From Acidimicrobiia bacterium (lineage in GTDB: Bacteria; Actinomycetota; Acidimicrobiia; IMCC26256; JAGNEX01), in NCBI GenBank assembly GCA_018003035.1, contig JAGNEX010000004.1:651-64650 (forward strand): DNA of 64,000 nt. Reading direction: 5' to 3'. Positions within the stretch are counted from its first letter, which is position 1; each line of letters starts with the position of its first letter. Below, in pieces: positions 63,499 through 64,000 of the stretch. The translations under genes and the position numbers were made by a program. The notes beneath the pieces were generated by a model, which made no database searches, was not told the DNA's origin, and saw only the letters and a list, made by a program, of their open reading frames with translations.

Positions 63499-64000
63499 AT
63501 GCCGGACAAGATCACCGTCGAGGTCGACGGGCACCAGGTCACGATCAGCAACCTAGACAAGGTGCTGTATCCACTGAGTGGAACGACCAAGGCGCAGGTC
63601 ATCGAGTACTACTCTCGGATCGCCCCGACGATGCTGCCCTACTTGGCTGACCGACCGGTCACGATGCGCCGGTTTCCGAACGGGGTTGACGAAGACGGCT
63701 TCTTTCAAAAGCGATGCCCATCGCATCGGCCCGACTTTGTTCCGACCCTGGCGGTGCCAGGACACCGCCGAGAACCCGGCGGGATCCTTGAGTACTGCTG
63801 CATATCTCAGCCGGCCGGTTTGGTGTGGGCCGCCAACCTTGCGGCATTAGAACTGCACGTGAATCTGGCCCGGATGCCGAGCATTAGCAATCCGGATTGG
63901 CTGGTTTTTGACCTTGACCCCGGGCCGCCAGCGGGCATTTTGGAATGCGCCGGGGTGGCGTTGACGCTCAAGGGAATGCTCGACAACCTCGGTCTGCAGA
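63499..64000 (+). CDS. LigD-type NHEJ primase-polymerase domain protein (partial, runs off window end)
   Basis: Not in the ORF track. Hand translation from the ATG at 63499: MPDKITVEVDGHQVTISNLDKVLYPLSGTTKAQVIEYYSRIAPTMLPYLADRPVTMRRFPNGVDEDGFFQKR...LVWAANLAALELHV...WLVFDLDPG. This matches the LigD PolDom pattern, including the DxD (FDLDP). The ATG follows the subunit B TAG with no spacer. Confidence 0.85.
   Translation, partial: MPDKITVEVDGHQVTISNLDKVLYPLSGTTKAQVIEYYSRIAPTMLPYLADRPVTMRRFPNGVDEDGFFQKRCPSHRPDFVPTLAVPGHRREPGGILEYCCISQPAGLVWAANLAALELHVNLARMPSISNPDWLVFDLDPGPPAGILECAGVALTLKGMLDNLGLQ

Overview
High-GC, gene-dense chromosomal core segment with Actinomycetota-type gene content and synteny. 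I cannot place it more precisely by eye. I saw no rRNA, tRNA, CRISPR array, transposase, integrase or prophage signature. All family calls come from motif recognition in the supplied or hand-made translations; no database search was possible.

Content in order:
(1) 1-14275: a complete, translationally coupled dcw cell-wall/division cluster on the minus strand (mraZ-rsmH-ftsL-ftsI-murE-murF-mraY-murD-ftsW-murG-murC-murB, the last partial). It has candidate MraZ operator repeats, a 2 x 25-nt tandem repeat upstream, and a structured mraZ-rsmH spacer that sequesters the rsmH SD.
(2) 15.2-19.8 kb: a MoxR AAA+ / DUF58 / transglutaminase (TgpA-like) operon.
(3) 20-33 kb: housekeeping genes (DUF3040, Nudix, polyprenol-P-mannose synthase, TesB, PdxH, GlpK, aminotransferase, LLM oxidoreductase, ROK glucokinase, SRPBCC, PimB-like GT4, NAD kinase).
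(4) 33.4-39.4 kb: the least explained part of the window. It holds a coiled-coil/acidic protein ending in a YacP(Rae1)-type NYN nuclease domain, and a 951-aa protein that starts 2 nt after the trpD stop. That protein has an N-terminal zinc ribbon, is almost entirely low-complexity, and is membrane-anchored at its C-terminus.
(5) 40234-40595: type-A RNase P RNA.
(6) 40.7-56.7 kb: ClC channel, histidine phosphatase, YdjM-like membrane hydrolase, DUF164 zinc-ribbon protein, SGNH lipase, amidase, lipoproteins, stand-alone SpoT-type HD hydrolase, acyl-CoA dehydrogenase, M18 aminopeptidase, FAD oxidase, crotonase, epimerase.
(7) 56.7-58.8 kb: an HTTM (gamma-carboxylase/SdpB-like) membrane protein plus a start/stop-coupled partner.
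(8) 58.8-64 kb: a perfect CGAAC-N4-GTTCG SOS-box-like palindrome in front of a ParC/ParE-like type IIA topoisomerase. The topoisomerase is encoded in inverted A->B order and is followed with no spacer by a LigD-type primase-polymerase gene.
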